From NCBI GenBank assembly GCA_905252715.1, contig CAJNOU010000026.1:64594-89750 (forward strand): 25,157 nt of DNA, written 5' to 3'. The translations under genes and the position numbers were made by a program. The stretch comes from Rotaria sordida (lineage: Eukaryota). The notes under the pieces are model-generated. The model worked only from the letters and a program-made list of their open reading frames with translations. It did not search any database and had not been told where the DNA came from. This document shows positions 20,601 to 25,157 of the stretch, in pieces (the first letter of the stretch is position 1; every line of letters begins with the position of its first letter).

Positions 20601-20742
20601 TATTGATAGTACAGCACAACGTTCATTTACAAAACAACATTGGATATCGTTAAAAGAAAAACTTGAATCATGGAAATCTAATTTAACTATGATTAATAAT
20701 AATCTTCATACATTATTAAATGCAAGAGCAGTACCAACATAG
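17677..20742 (+). CDS. EIF3M: Eukaryotic translation initiation factor 3 subunit M (eIF3m, PCI-domain protein), complete, 11 exons, 393 aa
   Basis: Exons: 17677-17692, 17767-17813, 17877-18015, 18070-18211, 18277-18403, 19741-19835, 19894-19986, 20045-20144, 20206-20287, 20343-20486, 20546-20742. The sum is 1182 nt, in frame, and all junctions are GT/AG. Matches to my recollection of human eIF3m: LLELLGTYTKETASKARTDAFKCIINSINDPNVFIMDHLLLLEPIKVLEGENIHKLLNIF versus [60 protein letters not shown], and KMRLLTFLQ...AVRTKMIRCKIDHLARKVII versus KMRLLTFMG...AVRTKMVYCKIDQTQRKVVV. The 16-nt first exon is the least certain part of the model. Confidence 0.88.
19158..19598. mobile_element. MITE-like TIR element (about 440 bp) inside eIF3m intron 5
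   Basis: Region 19158-19229 aligns with the reverse complement of 19524-19598. The core is ccgatttagacatgcaccgaac versus ccgatataggcatgcatcgaac, followed by gctcgaggttttgg versus gttcgagtttcgg and, at the outer ends, gaagaagcca versus gaagaactca. The interior is richer in G+C than the flanking intron. Confidence 0.5.
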
Positions 20743-22206
20743 AATTTTCCTTTTCTTTTTCTTTTTCTAGGAGAATCTTTTTTTGTTTCGTGACAGTTTT
20801 TTTGTTGTTAACATCGTTCTCATAGATAATTTCGATTTGTCAAAAAAAAAAATATATATATAATATTGTTATTGTTCGTATTGTTACAAGAAAATATTTA
20901 ACAATGATTTTTCTTTATGAAGAAGAGTTTTCAAGTTTACAATGAAATCAACTTTTTTCAGCCGTGTATCTTCTATGATTCATTTACGGTTGATTCCAGT
21001 AACGTAGTTATATTTTGATACTTAAAAAAAAGAAAGTAAATATTGTTTTAATATCTGAATTTCATATTCATACATATACTCGAGAGACAAAAGATCAATA
21101 AACTGCGGAAATTAAAAACAAAACAAATTGTCATAGGGTATAAACATACTCTACAAAGATTGGTCATGGACAATACATCAAAAATTGATGTTTTTTTTTT
21201 CATCAGTGCATGAATAGAGTACTTCAAGTTGTGCATATAGTAGGGAAAGCTGCAGCTCTCTAGCATGTTTTATTCTCGAATGGTTGGAAAAATAATCACA
21301 GCTATTATATTCGTGGATAGACAGTAGATTATCATAAGATGTATCATATAAGATTTACTGTCATAGAAATACAGATTTAACTGTAAAAGTATTCATATGT
21401 AGAATGAATTAACTAAATTTCATAATGTAAATTTACAGATTTTTTTGTAATATATTTGTATTTATAAATTGAGATTTCTTGTATCAATAAACGCAATTTT
21501 CTATAAAAGTTTCAAACATCGCAAAATCGACTTCAATTACATTTATTGTTTAACATCTGATATACAAGCGTGGACGTTAAAAAAAAGTCAAAATTTGAAT
21601 GCTTCAATTGTGGTATTAATTTGTTTAGTACTCCAATGAACTGTAGACGATTCTTCATTGCATTAAATTTGTGTTGAAATTCTTAGACAGTCATCAGAAA
21701 TTCAGAATATATTTTCAGAAAAAAGAATAATTTTTGGTGCGAGAGATTTTTAATTAAAGCATATGTGAACTTAAAGATGATAACTGAATCATCAGCCGCA
21801 ATGAAGTCAACAGTTCTCCATATATCTCTTAAAGTAAAAAATTGACATTTTATCATATATATACAATTGTTTAGAAGAGTATGATTACAGCCAATAAACA
21901 TTCTCATTCAAATAGGATGATAAAAACTGTACTTTTCATCAATATATTCTTACATTCTTTATACAGAGCACAGCTATATATAATGTTAGTTTAACAGAAC
22001 CAAAACTCTCAATCATAATGAAAATTACTCTATCAGATATGTTGATCCTGTCATGACAAATTCATCTTTAAATTAAAATCTATTTTCTTTTCTTTCTTAG
22101 TTCCATGATTTATATAAGAGAAACAGACTAAAAAAAATAAAGTTACATAATAAAAATGAATGGTAAATTCACTACTCATTGATATCTTTGCTTGTTCTCC
22201 GCTAAA

Positions 22207-22470
22207 ACGTTCGCTTTACCAGCATATTTTTTGCTTAGCGTTCGCTTTGCCAACATTGCAGATAAACCGAACGTTTGAGATACCCCATTTCATACCACTA
22301 ACTATTCAATTATTAGACGAGTTACAAATCTTTTTTTTTATATGAGTAGATGCAGAATTTAATTCTCTTTCCCGTAGTATAAAAAGGAAAATTTTAGCCC
22401 TTAGAATAATCAAGATATAAGTGATGGAACACAGGCACCCATAAAATGCGTTCGGTTTACCAACATTGAC
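22207..22470. repeat. Cluster of a short, relatively GC-rich repeated motif (gcgttcgSttYRccaRcat) in the convergent intergenic region
   Basis: Direct copies: 22207-22225 (acgttcgctttaccagcat), 22239-22259 (gcgttcgctttgccaacattg) and 22448-22468 (gcgttcggtttaccaacattg). An inverted partial copy lies at 22265-22276 (aaaccgaacgtt); it can pair with the second copy to form a stem of about 10 bp with a loop of about 15 nt. Confidence 0.45.
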
Positions 22471-22654
22471 TCTACGATAAGATTTTGCAAATACAATGCA
22501 TTCATTTCATTCTCCACAAATAACGTGATCTCTACAATATGAATGTGGTTCAATTTTAGCATTATTCAAGCGTTTTCACAAAGGTTGACTAGAGAAAAAA
22601 ATTAAAGTCAAAATAGATAAAAAAGTTCATGTTCATAATCATTAGAAGAATTGT

Positions 22655-23732
<1,078 letters not shown>

Positions 23733-24617
23733 CTAAAAATAAAATCGAAAAATAAAAGTTTTTATAGATAATCAATTGTTTCGAATAGAGAGGATGTCTG
23801 AAAAGTTTCTTCCTTTTTCTATATCATTACTATTTTATTTAACTTTATCAAGAATTTTTTAAAAATGTTATGTGACTATAACGAGTTTTTATTTCAATGA
23901 ATAAACTTTGAAGGTATCTTTGAAAACTACGAAACTTTATAGAAAGAGAAATATTTCACTTGCAGAATAAAAAAACACGATGCAGCGTTTCTTCTTTATT
24001 TGTTGAATTATTTTTATCTTTAAATGATTGAGAATGTTTAATAGTCATTTGATAGATTGTTTCGATAAAAATAAACACAATGACGTTAATAATCTTCATC
24101 TATGACAGATTTCTCTTTTCCTATGAGAAGATATAGGTATTATAATAGAAAATAAATGAAAGGACGGGGGCGCATAAGAAGAGAAATCGGCCCATCGGAC
24201 TTTTCTTGCCCAATCCCATTGAATCATATATTAAATGAAAGAACGTGTTAAAATTAACATTTTAACACTATTTTCATAGACTTTCGATCGAATTTCTGAA
24301 GCAAAAAGTTATTAACAAAGTAGTTCATTTTTGGTCATTAGTCCAATAATCGACTCTATCATAGTCGACTCAATTTTCGAATAAATTGATTATAAAAGTT
24401 GGTTGTAAAATTAGTATCTGATAGCTTTTTTATCGGGCTTCAATCCTATATATGAATCAATAATTGGTAGTTTGATTTAGTGGCGAGGAGAACTGATATA
24501 CTGGCAGGCATTGTTAAAAAAAGCCCTCCATTTACCATCAACTTTTATCTTTCAACAAATATTCTGTCATAAAAATGGAAGGTACCAAAATTCTAGTATT
24601 GCTCATTGGATAGCTCT

Positions 24618-25157
24618 TTTCAAAAGCTACAAAACTATATATTTTCTAAAGTCTAAAAAGTTTGGCCCCTAGGAAAAATTCAGGTCACATTGTACTCGGG
24701 TATGGTTTTTTCCATGTTTTTGCCTATTTTTCACTAGTAATGAGCCGTTTTTATCAACAAAAGCTCTAGTTCAAGTCAAGACTAATATCAGATTTGAACT
24801 CAGCATCAAAAACTGAGTCGATTTATGCATATTCCAAATGTCTCTGAGAATTTTCATTTTTCTCGAAAAATTCACCCCTACTTCTCCTCAGGGTACTCTC
24901 AAAAAAGGTGAAGAAAAACCAAAGTTCTCGGGAGTACTTGAAATGTATATAAACCGACTCAGTTTTTGATGCTGAGTCCAAATCTGATATTAGTCTTGAC
25001 TTGAACTAGAGCTTTTGTTGATAAAAACGGCTCATTACTAGTGAAAAATAGGCAAAAACATGGAAAAAACCATACCCGAGTACAATGTGACCTGAATTTT
25101 TCCTAGGGGCCAAACTTTTTAGACTTTAGAAAATATATAGTTTTGTAGCTTTTGAAA
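24618..25157. repeat. Long near-perfect inverted repeat (two 209-bp arms, 122-bp spacer); foldback or long-TIR element, or a hairpin-RNA locus; the right arm ends at the last base of the window
   Basis: Region 24618-24826 is the reverse complement of 24949-25157. I see only two mismatches, at 24797/24978 and 24821/24954, both near the spacer. The arm begins tttcaaaagctacaaaactatatattttctaaagtctaaaaagtttggcccctaggaaaaattcaggtcacattgtactcgggtatgg... Confidence 0.9.

Noticed and set aside
1244-20742. A functional gene cluster linking WDR24 (GATOR2/mTORC1), RAB30, the ornithine carrier, ZDHHC3 and CBL in a shared membrane-trafficking or ubiquitin pathway.
   Set aside because: These are broadly conserved housekeeping genes with no established joint pathway. 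Their adjacency is most simply explained by a very compact genome. Only the physical arrangement, not a shared function, is reported as a finding.
20743-22654. Intergenic ORFs 21048-21266 (-), 21683-21907 (-) and 22160-22345 (+), considered as an eighth gene.
   Set aside because: The translations have no recognisable domain and biased composition. I could not assemble a splice-consistent multi-exon model. A ncRNA or a rapidly evolving small gene cannot be excluded without expression data.
23733-24617. A search for the missing GAPDH 5' exons (GxGRIGR Rossmann motif), including a 47-codon minus-strand ORF starting near 24101 (MKIINVIVFIF...) and the stretch KVDGKWRAFFNN near 24480-24545.
   Set aside because: Neither resembles the GAPDH N-terminus, and no frame contains the glycine-rich NAD-binding motif. 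I conclude that the 5' exons lie beyond the window or are absent.

Overview
This is eukaryotic (metazoan-type) nuclear DNA, not a prokaryotic locus. It is strongly A+T-rich, codons mostly end in A/T, and coding regions are split by GT..AG introns. I rebuilt all gene models by hand. Every model is frame-consistent across its splice junctions and ends at the stop given in the ORF track.

Seven protein-coding genes are present.
- Minus strand: a RAB30-like GTPase (1244-1976), a WDR24/GATOR2-like WD40+RING protein (2224-8025) and an SLC25A15-like mitochondrial ornithine carrier (8240-9425).
- Plus strand: a ZDHHC3/7-like palmitoyltransferase (9620-12140), a CBL-family RING E3 ligase (12446-17386) and eIF3 subunit M (17677-20742).
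- Convergent with eIF3m: a strongly divergent GAPDH-like gene on the minus strand (22655-23732). Its 5' exons are not in the window.

The first six genes form two co-oriented triplets diverging from a 194-bp spacer, with 214-305 bp between neighbouring CDSs. Of 53 modelled introns, 46 are 44-77 nt. Five of the seven longer introns contain terminal-inverted-repeat (MITE-like) insertions; one of these is flanked by TTAA.

The window starts with a GC-rich block followed by degenerate tandem repeats of about 38 bp. It ends with a near-perfect 209-bp inverted repeat that runs to the last base.

I found no CRISPR array, rRNA gene, tRNA gene or prokaryote-style defence system, and I cannot point to a convincing novel system. 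The items most worth a second look are the terminal hairpin, the aberrant GAPDH paralog, and the operon-like gene packing with possible trans-splice acceptors.

Limits: all protein identities come from my recall of orthologue sequences (mainly human). No database search was possible. The source organism is undetermined.
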